A DNA stretch of 63,873 nt, the filler included, from Reticulomyxa filosa (lineage: Eukaryota > Protista > Foraminifera), in the NCBI GenBank assembly GCA_000512085.1. It is 22 parts of 22 records of this genome, joined end to end, with 100 filler letters (N's around TTAATTAATTAA, not from the genome) between each part and the next. Parts side by side here need not be neighbours in the genome. Positions count along the whole stretch, not along the records: positions 51,553 to 57,806 come from ASPP01007736.1; positions 57,907 to 63,873 come from ASPP01010866.1; 20 more parts are not named here. One strand, 5' to 3'. Under the pieces are notes generated by a model. That model made no database searches, was not told the origin of the DNA, and saw nothing but the letters and a program-made list of their open reading frames with translations. A program made the position numbers and the translations under genes. Below are positions 51,591-63,873 of the stretch, in pieces; position 1 is the first letter of the stretch; every line of letters begins with the position of its first letter.

Positions 51591-53982
51591 GCTGGACAAC
51601 GTATTTCAAAAAGCAAGTAATTTACAAATTTTGACGATGCACAATAACCCACAATTGACTGGTTCGATTCCACAATCTTTGTTTGATTCGAAATGTACCG
51701 TATTCAGTGCACACGGCTGTGACATCAATGGAAAACTGCCTTCGTCCAAACATAATCCAAACTACTCTTTGGTCGTAGCCACGCTATCACAAAACCGCTT
51801 GTCGGGTGTCATGCCCAAGGAACTCATTGCCAATCTTAATAATACCAACACGTCCTCCATGACTACGTACAGCACCATTCGTAGCATCGGTTGCCTTTTT
51901 TGTGCACTTTAAAATAATATAAACAAAATAAATATAAATAAATAAAAAATAAAAAAAATAAAAAATAAAAACATCAAAGACTGGTCTATGGCATTGAACA
52001 TATCGGAAAAGATAAGGCACGGCGTATATTTATCAGGCAATCGCTTTAGCCAAAGCGCCAAAGAATTTCCAGGATTTTGGGACGACACGCCATTACCGAG
52101 TTATGTGTCGAACAGTGAAAGTGGTGCCCCTAATTTGTACATTAGCAACGATCAGCAATTCGTGCAATATTTTTTGATTGTCTTTTGTTTTTCCATTGTA
52201 TTGTTCTCCTTTCTCTATTCGTGTGCATTGACTCTGCGACGTGGTCATCGTATCTCTTGTTGCAAGAGTAGCAGACAGAGCTTTTCCTCTTCTTTTCTTT
52301 GCAAGACGATCTTGATAATGACGACAATGATAACGAGAATGATGAAAATGACGAAAGCGATGAGAAGAATGACACGAATGCAAATGCGAACAAGACAGAA
52401 ATAAAAGAGAAACAAGAAGCATTCACAAAGACAGGTTTTTTTATGCAAATGCAAATGTCATGGACAGTGCTGACCCATTGGAGCGTACTCATCGTGGTGC
52501 TTGTGTTGGCAATGCTTTATTTCAACTTTGCCAATTATTATTCCAAAGGCTATCCGTTGTCCAGTTTCTCTTTGGCTTATTTCGAAAATCCTTCTCTGTT
52601 TGCCACTGTCGTGCTGTTACTTGTGATCTTTTGTACCAATTTGCTCTTACTCGTCGCATTTCTAAAATACAAGCTCGCTCCTGCAAAATATGTACGCAAC
52701 ATACACAAGCACACACGCACGAATCTATTGGACTTGTATCTCGGATCGTCGATGGACACAACAGCAAATGGAGGACGTCGGCACGTGGAATGCACGCACG
52801 TGCTTCAGTGGTTGTTGTATTTATTTGGATGGCTGATGACAATGGCCGGTGTCATTGTGTATTTTGCATTGGAGTCGTTACCCAACAATAACACATTACA
52901 CTTGAGTTCAACCTTGTTGACAGTCGTCCAAAAGAGTCTGGCATTTCTTTTGTCTATTCATAACTCGTTCATTGTGCCCAATTTGTCGTTACTGTCAATT
53001 CACATAATTTCTTCTTGTTTGTCCTACGTACGCTGTTGGCAATCCCAACCATCATCATCACAACAACGACACTACTCCACCTTCTCCTACAATTTTATCA
53101 TCTTGTCCTTGCGCTCGCTCACGTGCATCATTGTCCCGCTCTTGATTGCCTTGGCCTTCTATGATAACTGCGCCCGGACATGGGTCGACTATTGGCAGCT
53201 TTGTCAATTCTCCAGTTCCAATGGCCCTTCTTCCATTGCCATTCAAGCCAATCTCGTTTGGGATAAAACGCTGTTTCCGGTCACTCAAATCAAATCCAAA
53301 TCGCTCAATTTGTTATATTGGGGAGACATTTGTCACAAAGGCTTTACTCACTCCTTTCAATATGGTCACTATCTTAATACACACATACATTTGGCTTGTC
53401 TCTCTTCATTCATTGGATAAACACATACACACCGCACACCCTTCAGGGAATTGCATGCGAGAAATAATAGAAAAATGGTGCAACGTGCTACTCGTGAAGA
53501 TGATTATTAACATATTTACGCCATGGATCGAGGTGTTGCTGTGTAATTCTTGCTGCAACACACCTCCTGTCATTCTCAAGGTGGAAAGTGCAAGCTTGAT
53601 CTCCAATTTGGAATTGACATTGCTAATTGGGATGTTTTGTCCTTTCATTGTTCCTTTGTGCGCTTGCTGCATTCTTTCCAATTATTGGAAGTTCAAATAT
53701 TTGTTGAATAAATATCCCCAATGCAGGCTATCCGATGCAGATCCTCCTTCTCTAATGGTCTCTCTTGTCTGCGCTTATCTTTTGCAACAGTTGGCTTGGA
53801 TACTCACCGTCATCTTCAATCACAATATGTATTATAATCATCGTGTCTGTTGGTTCCTCATTTGTTTTGGATTCCTTGCCATTCATATTTGTGGTTTTTT
53901 GCTAGCTTTCGTTTTTTGTTATCTTCGGCGTCGCTCTTCTCCTTTTTTTCAAGGTACTTGTTTGTCGCAACAACACACATAA
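51591..53982 (+). CDS. LRR-ectodomain multi-pass membrane protein, 5'-partial, with one apparent frameshift near 52295
   Basis: Plant-type LRRs (NNPQLTGSIPQSLF, GCDINGKLPS, LSQNRLSGVMPKEL, LSGNRFS); about 9-10 TM helices; extracellular Cys motif NCARTWVDYWQLC..WGDIC..GNC; LLIGMFCPFIVPL segment. Confidence 0.75.
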
Positions 53983-54906
53983 TATACGCGTTTCTGTTTT
54001 GGTTTGGATTTCTTCAAACAACTTAGGTGATGATGTTGAAATAGCAACCAGAAAACCATTACGCTCCACCCAACACGATGACATTGAAACTTTTTATACC
54101 AAACTTGGGTAGAAACAATTAACAATGGTATTTTTTTTTCTCGTAGTTCTTTTCTTTCTGTACAACACATTTTTTTTGTCGTCACAAATTGGGCATATTT
54201 CAAAACTCAAGGTATTACATTTCAGGGTAGCTTATGCTACTTTTAGTAATCATTGAGTCAATTTGAAGTACGTTTTGTATTCATTGAATTCATTATTCTG
54301 ATTTTTCAATACAGACAATACAGTCCAAATTTTGTGAAGCAGACTAGTTCTGCAATTGTCTGAAAGCCAATATATTCTGCTGTTTAATCTTCTATAAGTA
54401 TTGTAAACCAAGTTCCATTGTCTTTGACCAGTACAAACAAGAAAATACAAACCTTTCAATAACATTTCACGCAGTTAAGTTATTTTTACGTATGCCGTCC
54501 ACCGTGTCACTAAAGGTGCAAGAGTTGTGCCTGGTCATAACTTACCCACTCTGGGGTTTGCACAATTAATAATTACCTATTTTTTTCAACTTATTATAAC
54601 ATCACAGTTCTTGTACTCCATATATACCACGCAATTTATTTTTTAAGAGAAATAACGCTGTCTGTCCTACGACTAAAATTTTGCCATTTAATTTTAATTT
54701 ATATTGCTTTTTTAATCTTAAACAAGCAAGAAAATGAAGATACAAAGGCATTCATAAAGTAATAAAGATGTGATAAAGACACGTTCCATTATATGATTAT
54801 TGCAAAGTAATGCAATTTTTTAGTACGATTTGTTTTTTTAAATATCAAAGAAAATACTTCATTCAACAACAAAACAAACTTTCATATTGCAGCCCATGTC
54901 CACTGA

Positions 54907-57143
54907 TCACTCTGTCAACTCTTCCACTTTTTTTTTTGCTTGTACGGTTTCTCCCTGCCATTCTCCTAGCGCTGCACTGTATACTTTCCATCCTTCTTTA
55001 TAGTATTTATGTGCTAACTGATGTTCCCCTTTTAGTTCAAATACCACTCCTAAATTGCAACACGAATCACCAACATCTTTGTTTGCATTTCCAAATATTT
55101 CTTTCCATATCATTAATGCATGTTTATGGCATTCAACTGATTTATCATATTGTCCCTGGTCTAAATAGATATGTCCTAAAACGCTATACGAACTACCGAC
55201 ATGATAGTGTGTGTTGGCAATGTCTAGTCTAATTTTTAATGCCTTTTCATTATATTCGATTGCTTTAACATTTTCTCCTTTACTATAATAAGTAAGCCCT
55301 AGATTGCAATACAACTGTGCAACAAAAGTGCAATTGGCTCCAAAAACACATAACACAATTTCTAATGACTTTTCATAAAATTCAATTGCCATATCATAAT
55401 TTCCTATATCATCACAGATAAGTGCAATCATATTATACGCAATTGCAACATAGTGATTATAATATCCAAATATATCGACAGAAAGTTTCAAGAGCGTGTT
55501 CAAATGATAAATCGTATCATCATAAAATTTTTTTTCTGTACACTGTTCAGATTTGTCTTCGAGGCCTTGAAGCTGTAGTGGAATGTCATAATGTATTTTG
55601 GTATCCCATTGGATGGGTGAAATCAATCGTTTTAATTGTTGATCAATAATGGAGTCCTTTGTAGCAAATAACTGTATTGAAATATTCACATGTCCTTTGC
55701 ACTGAATTTCACATTTGACAGCATATACGTTTCCATCAATATCCACATCCTCCAATACTACTAATTTACTTTTAATCACAAACATTGAATATTCTCGAAA
55801 AATTTTTTGTCCGTTTTATCATTGTTTATCAATCTAAGGAAAGAAGGAGAAAGTTTATGTTTTGCTCCCTGCCATCTCAAAGCATCGTAAACAATTATAA
55901 CCAATCCGTGTTCATTTTCTCTTATCATTTGTTCAACCAATTTTGCTGCTTCCACATTAGATCTCCTCCAAAATCTATTCCAATGTGTTTTGAAATCGAG
56001 TGGAGCGACATTATTATATGGTATTGACGACATTTCACGCTCGATGTCATCATGTGATCTTGGAATAAAAAAAATATCTGAATCAACAGTTGAAACAGAT
56101 TGAATAATCTGTTCTTCAATTACTCGGCCAATAATAATTTTAGATATTTGTTTGATAATATAATTGAAACTTTTATTCATGTTGTTTTCAATGGCATGAC
56201 AAAATACCTCTGTGAAATAACTTCCCCTTTTTCTGTTCCAACTGTCACATCCTGGATCATCAATTGATTTCCATTGAGTATTTACAGAAATAGTGAATAT
56301 ATCTCTATCTTGGTTGTATTGTAATTTATGTTGGATATTTTCCTCTTTTGCTTTAACTTTAAGTTCATTGATTTCTTCTTGTCCACTGTACGAAATTTTT
56401 ATAAATAGCTTTGGTTTCCCTATAAAATAGTCGGTTTGTGTCATAAAAATATTTTGAATGCATTTGAAATCTTTGATTTGCTTGTCACTGGTCATTAATT
56501 GATCATTTTCTGCATTCATTGCAAATCCGTCGTGGCCACACCATACAAACAACAATGCATCATAATTGACTTTATTGATATCGTCAGGAAAATATTTAAA
56601 AATAAAATTATTCAAATCACTTAAAGTGAGTAATCCTGTGTTTGGATTTTGTGGATCATAAGTATTAAATACTTGATAATTAAATTTGGTTTGAAATAAT
56701 GACTGCAATAAACTGAGATCTTGTTTTGCTCCTTCCAAGTGTGACTGTTGTCCTTCATATTGCACTGCTCCAGTCAGTAACACCAAAGGATTTTTTACTT
56801 CATAGGATGATAGTTGTGCATTTTTTGGAATTCCTTCTATCCATTTTTTGTTTTTAATGTATATAAAATCAAGATCAACTACTGAGAAAAAGGTATCATT
56901 GAAAAAGAAACTTGATTGAAAGTGGACAGTAAAAAGGAGAGGATCATTTACAAATGCTTCAATTACATCTTGATCAGTTTCGACATGGCGACCTTCTCTG
57001 TCAGTAATTGTCATTGATTCGTCAGCACGTGCTACTTCAGTTACTCGGGCAATTTGCTGCTTCAAATCCTTGATCGTTAAATTTGTTAACATTATCGTAT
57101 GTAATTTCGTTCCATCATTCACATATGCTTTGAATGAAGACAT
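54907..57143 (-). CDS. PB1-like + caspase-like (peptidase C14 fold) + TPR protein; 1-bp frameshift near 55800
   Basis: N-terminal PB1-like segment (LTIKDLKQQI..ITDREGRHVETDQDV); in-frame 75-nt intron 56837-56911; NPLVLLTGAVQY..LEGAKQDL..LF..KFNYQV..YDALLFVWCGHDG..GKPKLFIKISYSG..GSYFTEVFC; C-terminal kinesin-light-chain-type TPRs (VAIAYNMIA..YDMAIEFYEKSLEI). Confidence 0.85.
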
Positions 57144-59160
57144 TACAAAGTATCAACTAAAGTTTTTTCTTTTGAATGATTTTGAGCTCTTTTTGTTTTC
57201 ACAAACTTGTGTAGAGTTGTTAAAATGATGTCAATATCGAAGAAAAAAAATATTTCGTTTAAGAATAATTATTTTTAATCTTCTACCTAAAAATAAGTAT
57301 ATAATATGAGAAATAATTATACAGCAGATGATGATTTGTAGTTGTCTCCGTTTTGGAAATGTTGTCAAGGATGAAGATTTATGGATGTTAGCAATTTTTT
57401 TCCAAGTTGTCCAATATTTAGGATTTTTGAATATAAATTATTTTTCTTTAAAAAACATATATCAATGTTGCAAATCTGAGAGAAAAGTAGTATTTCAGCG
57501 AAATTTACAAAGTTGCAGCTTCGTCTCGTCGTAATATAAAATTTTAAAAAATTTAAGTATCGTGCAGAAACAGATTCAGTTGCATACCAAATTTTAATTG
57601 TTTCGGAACGACAAAAATGAGTATGTTTCAAAAAAAAAATTAGTCTTGTATCTTTCTTAGTTTTTGAGAAAAATTATATTCTTTTATTGCAGTTTATTAC
57701 AATTTATTGAATCGCTGCAGTAAATTGCATAGAAAACTGAAAGCATAAAATACTACCTTATGAAGAAAATCGATTTTCTCCATGAAAAATAAATATTTAT
57801 TTGTAANNNNNNNNNNNNNNNNNNNNNNNNNNNNNNNNNNNNNNNNNNNNTTAATTAATTAANNNNNNNNNNNNNNNNNNNNNNNNNNNNNNNNNNNNNN
57901 NNNNNNCATATGATATCGTTTTAGGCGTTCAGTTTTCTTTGCAAACTGTATTTAATGAAAGATTAAAACATAAGAAGTTACGTGTTTATCAACTATGTGT
58001 TGCCTTATTAATCAAATGGAATCAAAAACTTTTGTTATTTGCAATTGAGTGATGACAATCTAAATAAAAATATCCAGTATTCAAATAAGAAGGATATATG
58101 TGATTAAAGAAGATTATTAAAAAAAATTATAGAAATAATATATCTTAAATTCCTACAGTTAAAAATGAACAGTAAAAATCAATGACAGTAGTTGTGGTAT
58201 TAATTTGTGCTATGGCTCAATTCATATTTAGGGATAATTTCATTTTTTTTATTAAAAAAAATTTTTGTTGTTGGTAAGCATGAGTTCATTTAATATTTTC
58301 TCATTTCGTTTCAATATCACTATCATTTATACGCTTTTTCCAACTCTTGCTTTTCTATAGATACTAATATAGAGCAGTTAACAAAAAGTCGCCGTGTTGT
58401 AAGTGTCAGATTGCAAACTGATTTGCTCTTTATTTGGCGCACAACAAAAACTAAGCTCATTTGTGTTTATGTAAAAAAAGGAAAATACTTCCAATCATTC
58501 AATGAAATAATTTTGATAACTATCAACATATTTATTTAAATTAAAAATTGAATGCTGTGTTAAATGAATTTTGTATTTTATTATGTCAAAATTAAATGAT
58601 TTTGCTTAGCATATATCTAAATTATTGATCCATTCTAATCTTATCAAACTCAATTTTGAAAAATTATTTTATATAAAAGCGTGTTCATGCAATCAAATGA
58701 AAATAATCAACTTTTGTCATGATTTAAATGCATTCTTTCATATATAATTGGAATATTTATACAGAATTTTCATTTCTTTAAATGCTTTGACTAAGTTGAA
58801 TATTATGTTGTTAATAACTAACATTTTCAGAAATCATTTCATAAAAGTCATAAATTCGTCATCTTTTAATAATATCTTACATTGTTGATGTTCCATCTGC
58901 AATCATTCAATATTGATTTGAATAAAATTTTATAAGATAAAAAAATGAGATCTAATTCTTTTCAAGGTGCAGTTTTCATTTATTATGCTTTTGAATTCTT
59001 TAAAAACATTCAACGCAGTTTTTTCAAATTTTTTAAAAAATAAAGTAAGATAAAACACACTTCTGCATTCAATCAAATCGAACAAGTTTGATATCAATTT
59101 ACTTTTCTTTTAATCAAGCTTTTCAAAAAAACACTTTCCTTTCTTATTTGGCAAAAAGAA

Positions 59161-60132
59161 TTATCCCCAAATAAAGATGGAACCTTTGCCTGAACAATAA
59201 CACAAATTCAAATCATATTTGACATTCTTTGTATTATCCTTCTTTTTCAATACAATAAATTTAAGACAAATAATTCCATAATTTTCTCTATGAAGTCCTT
59301 TGATCATATACAATTCATTCTTATTTGATCGAATATCCCAAAAACGAATTGTATTATCCATTGATCCAGAACATATCACATTTGAATTACCAATACTATT
59401 CTTTATTACAAATGGTGAATATTCAACAGCAAATACTTGATCTGCATGTCCATTAAACACTTGAATTTGTTGATCAGATCGAACATCCCACAAACGGACA
59501 CTTTTGTCTCTTGATCCAGATAATATTGTATTTAATAATTCATTTGGTCCATATTTTACACTCATAATCCAATCTGTATGTCCTTTGAATATATTAAATT
59601 GTTTTGTTGTTTCAATATTCCATATTCGAATGGTTTTATCCAATGATCCAGAACAAATTGTATATCCATTTCCACCAATCAAACAATATTATTACTTTTA
59701 CTATTATTACAATCATTGTTATTATTGCTTTGTAATGGTGAAATATCAACACAAAAAACAATATTTTCATGTCCATTGAAAACATGTATGATTTTGATGT
59801 TTCAACATCCCATACACGAACTGTTGTATCACTTGACCCAGAACAAATGAATTGACAATAATCAAATGTTGAATAATCAATACTCCACACAGTGCTTGTA
59901 TGTCCAGTAAATGTATTGATTAATTTGGATGATGATCGAAATGTTTCAAACATGAAGACAGACACCTATGTTAAATAAACATTTGGGTGTTTTGATTAGT
60001 ATATTAAAAAAAGAAAGGACAAATGAACTAACGTAATTGACAACGAGTTTATTAAAATCTTTGATCCATCCTAATTGAATGTTTAATGTTCGAACCCAAT
60101 GATGAATAATGATTTGGATCTCTTCTTCTGAC
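59161..60132 (-). pseudogene. WD40-repeat protein with two 1-bp frameshifts
   Basis: EEEIQIIIHHWVRTLNIQLGWIKDFNKLVVNY|..GHTSTVWSIDYS..SGSSDTTVRVWD; the frame changes near 59788 (KS.HVFNGHE) and near 59685 (NI..IGGNGY); further GH..WD repeats run to IFIWG*. Confidence 0.8.
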
Positions 60133-60738
60133 TATTTCAATTACATGTAATAACGATAAATAATAAAAATGTGAAGACAACGTAAACTTAGCTTTGGTTG
60201 ATAAGTTCATTCTGAGCTTTTTTTAGTTTGTTCTTGATAGTTTTTTGATGCAAGATGAAAAAAATGCTTGAACTTTTGTTTAAAAAAGGAAAAACTGAAC
60301 TAACGTTTACAAAGAAACATTTTGAAATGAAAGATAAATGTTATGTTTTGTAGAATATCTTTGCATCAAAATAATCAATAACAACAATTTTATAATGCAA
60401 AATTTTTGAAATTAAAAAAAAGAAGGTTACTTATTTTTGAATTTTGTATTAAATCTGTGTAAGCAGAAATACTTTTCAGAATAAATTATAAGATATTTGT
60501 GAATGAAATAAATAATTGTTCATATTTATAATTATTCCTTTAATGTTAACAATTTCAATTTAATTTTCATATTTCATTATAATAGCGCAAAACAATTTGT
60601 TTATGATCAACTTTGTAAATTCAATCCAAAGGAAAAGCTATTTATGTAATTTTATTTGAATATTTCAAGAAATACATTATGGATGAAACGAATCCAGGAA
60701 GTTGTGCTGAGTCATATCGATATTGAAAAATCAAACAA

Positions 60739-60920
60739 GTACAGTAGGATAAAAAAGAAAATTGACACCTAAAATGCCACCTTATGAAATTATTGAAAAA
60801 ACAACATTTAATCAAAATTTTTTTTTTTAAAAATATCTACAAATCGCGTGTTTTTAAATATCATTTTTGTTTTTTTAAGTCTTTACAATTTTTTCAAAAA
60901 TTTTAATCTTTCATTTGATT
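60739..60920 (+). repeat. Dispersed ~200-bp AT-rich repeat, copy 3
   Basis: Highly similar to 51190-51390 and to the reverse complement of 32950-33135. Confidence 0.85.
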
Positions 60921-63580
60921 TGGTAAAATTTCTTAAAAAAAGTTGACGTATTTTTCTCGTAACCATGAAATTTGCCAATCTTTTTTTAAACAATTTTTGA
61001 GATTTTCAAAATTAAAATTAGTAAAATTTGTGAATACAAATAGTAGCGAACTTGCAAAAAATATAGCCAAGAAATAGTGTAAATTTGATGATATAAACTT
61101 TATGCTTTATTTTTTTTAGGATAAATTAAATTTTTAATTTTGTTTTCTGTTGTTTAGTTAAATTTATTGATAATTACTTGTTAGTAAGAGGAATGATTTG
61201 CACAAATTTTTTAAACCACATGCTGTGAATAACCTTTCAAGCATTACCACCTTTCGCTTGTATTCGTCACATAATCTTTTGTCGTCGCTTTCATTTGCTT
61301 ACGTAGCTTTTTTCACTCTTGGCACAAATTATACTTATGTCCTGTTTTTAAATAGTGTTTCTATGTCGCATTATTTTTTGGTTTGATGGACAGTACTAAA
61401 CTGTACATCAAATAAAGTACTTGACCAGTGGCCCAACTTTTGACTACTCTTCAGTGCTTAAAAAGGTTTCCAAATACTCCGCATTTTGTTGCGATATCTT
61501 CTTCATTCAAATCATTATTTGACTTAGTCTTTGCAAGCATTGTCTCAACAGACAAAAAACTAAAAAAAATAATTTTTTTTTTAGATTTACTTTTGCAAAA
61601 TTGTTTAGCTGATCATTTACTATCGTCGTCAAAATATTGGCAAAAAAGAATCTTTCCAGAGACAAAAAATTTTTTTGGAGTTTTATAATGTATACGCACA
61701 AAATTTTGGACAGTTTTTATGGTGCAAAAATGTAAAGCTTTTTTTTGAAATCCGAAAAGCGCTTCTGTTGAAGAAGTATGACTTGTGGTGACACTTTTTT
61801 TTTGGGGAACGTGATTAAAGGAAAAAACGTTGTACGCGTAAAACTAGCCAAAGTAATTTTTAGAAAATTGCCAAAAAACTTTTTTTTTATGCACGAGATA
61901 GAGTAATTTCTTGCATAAAATCTATTGATTATTTTTTTTCAATAGCTTGTTCAAAATATTGACATCTTTTTTCTTTTCCATCATCTGTCATCACAATATA
62001 CTACTGAACCATTTGTAGGTCTTTATTATATAATCTTAATCTTTCTCTTGCACGTATTATGCTGATAATACTGATAAACTATTTACTTTTGATTTCATAT
62101 TTGACGCTGTTCCGTGTTCGTCTTGTAACATTTTTTGTACTCTTGATATTTGATCTTTTGGTGGTATTACTAGTGATATCATTGACGTTCCGTTTCACTG
62201 TGCTTGTGATAAATGTTTTATTAAATTTTTGATTTTACATTGTTCAACAAGCGTATAATGTGAGTTTGAATAATCTAATTTTTTTGCCATTTCTTTTTTT
62301 TATGCCAAAAAAAAAAACTTTTTTAAATTAAATCCCTTTTCATTTCTGTTATCACGTTGGAAAAAATATTTTATCTTTTTTGTTGTTTAAGCCTAATCTC
62401 AGTTACAACACGTACACTGCATTGGAACTGTTTGCAGCAAACACCAAGTTTGTTTGAATTACTGCGTTTGCTGTGGAATGGCTATCATCGTATCCGCGTG
62501 TTGACATTGACAATTGTTATCGTCGTTTCGTGCGGCGCTGTGATAACTGTGAAAAAGGGCAAAGACTTCGCATAGTATTCCATGTTTATTTTGAAACCGT
62601 CATGTGTCATAACAAATCAGCAACCTCTGTAATTATTTCTTGTCGATGAAATTACCGTCTTGTATTCAAATGAAATTGTGTCAATTTGTGCCAAAGAAAA
62701 TTATGACTTTGCGTTATTTGATTCAAAAATCGCTATGACTGTCAGTTGAAAAATCAATCGGCTATTTGATCAATTATAGCAAAGACTAAACACATCAAAC
62801 ACCTGATCAGCCACTTTGCCACTGAGCCGAGGAACAATTAATAAATACTAGATCTCCTACGTGAATGCTGTCGACATTCCTTTCGTCAAATCCAATGCAC
62901 CTATACATTTGCATATAATTTTATTGAATGTTGACAATGTTAAAGCTGATTGTTCGATTGTTTGACACAAACACGCACAAAATATTGATTGCAATTGTAT
63001 TTACACCTTCACAAATCGTGTGAATTATTCATCAGTCAATATCAATCGAACACAATATTTCATTGAGTGTTAATGTTAAAAGCCAAGTATCGAATTTTTC
63101 GCAGAGTTTTTCTCTTTAAAAAAACGTTTGGAAAAGCAGCGCCAAGGTAAGGTGATTGTTAACCTATATCGAATTGGACGAAAAACCAACACTTGAAAAC
63201 TGCCAATCAACTGGTTTGATCGATTCAACTAGATCGATTACTAGTTTGTCATATACAATTCAATGTAGAATGCTTGCGTATGACATAGCATTATGTACAG
63301 CAATTTATAAGTCAAAAATTAACGCAAATATTTCCGAAATATAAAAAATAACATTTTTTATTTTTCTAACCGTTTATAGTTTAGTTTTAAAAAAGTGGCA
63401 CCAATTGAACAGCATAGAAATAAAAACAAAGCTATCGTCCGTCTTACGGATAATGGAAAATTTTTCACTGGATCAATGTGGTCATTTCCAATCAAATATA
63501 CAAGCAAAAAATTATTATTAACAAGTAAAAAAACACAACCAAAAAAATTCCAAAAATAACCTTTTTCATACAGAAAAAAA

Positions 63581-63873
63581 TTAAAATGTTCCACCATATT
63601 GCTCAACAACTGACATCTGCAAAAGAGTTATACCTTTTACATCTTTCCAAGTACTGCCTTTCAATGACAAACCAGTGTCTTGAACACCACTTTGCCAAAT
63701 GCATTTCCATAAAGATAAAAATTTTCTGTCATCCGCAGAAAAACGGTTCCTCGAAACATCAGACGTGCCTGCACCGTGAGCGAAAGACAAATCATGCAAA
63801 CGAATGGTTTCATCATATGAACCAGATAAAATTCTGTTACCATCAGGTGAAAATTGAACAGAGTTAACAACAT
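63581..63873 (-). CDS. WD40-repeat protein, C-terminal end, 5'-partial
   Basis: VNSVQFSPDGNRILSGSYDETIRLHD followed by the tail WKCIWQSGVQDTGLSLKGSTWKDVKGITLLQMSVVEQYGGTF*. Confidence 0.85.
   Translation of the reverse strand, partial: VVNSVQFSPDGNRILSGSYDETIRLHDLSFAHGAGTSDVSRNRFSADDRKFLSLWKCIWQSGVQDTGLSLKGSTWKDVKGITLLQMSVVEQYGGTF

Noticed and set aside
41952-57143. Apparent 'defence island' of OAS-like, LRR and caspase-TPR genes
   Set aside because: The genes lie on different contigs separated by linkers; only the LRR-TM and caspase-TPR genes are truly adjacent.
4782-57906. Recurrent palindromic TTAATTAATTAA as a biological repeat or CRISPR-like array
   Set aside because: Always embedded in 44+44 Ns; it is an all-frame-stop concatenation linker. 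ORFs running into X are artefacts.
62350-63350. Codon-like stretch, possibly a decayed gene
   Set aside because: No frame gave a recognisable motif, so strand and family cannot be supported.
1-63873. tRNA, rRNA, transposase or reverse transcriptase genes
   Set aside because: No cloverleaf, conserved rRNA segment or DDE/RT motif was recognised by eye.

Overview
AT-rich eukaryotic DNA with short spliceosomal introns. This is not one locus: it is 22 small contigs joined by 21 artificial 100-bp linkers (44 N + TTAATTAATTAA + 44 N), so adjacency across linkers is meaningless. The gene families (expanded WD40, Kelch-like, TRAF-type RING, caspase-like+TPR, 7TM-RGS) and the intron style strongly suggest the foraminiferan Reticulomyxa filosa (inference from family recall, not a search). 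Recognisable conserved genes: P5C dehydrogenase (ALDH4A1), WASHC4, ANKRD13, mitochondrial ribosomal protein mS34 and an RmlD/MAT2B-like reductase. Most interesting: (i) a tandem pair of compact, archaeal-sized box C/D snoRNA candidates with diverged guides on an otherwise non-coding contig; (ii) immune-type signalling proteins that appear to have lost their catalytic residues (an OAS-like nucleotidyltransferase lacking all three Asp; a PB1-like/caspase-like/TPR protein lacking the catalytic Cys); (iii) unusual domain fusions (SAM-coiled coil-FN3-ALK/LTK glycine-rich domain; plant-type LRR-multi-TM; TM-RGS with a split RGS domain); (iv) an interleaved inverted-repeat element; (v) introns with T-rich 5' and A-rich 3' ends. 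All family calls come from motif recognition by eye, and exon boundaries are approximate unless stated.
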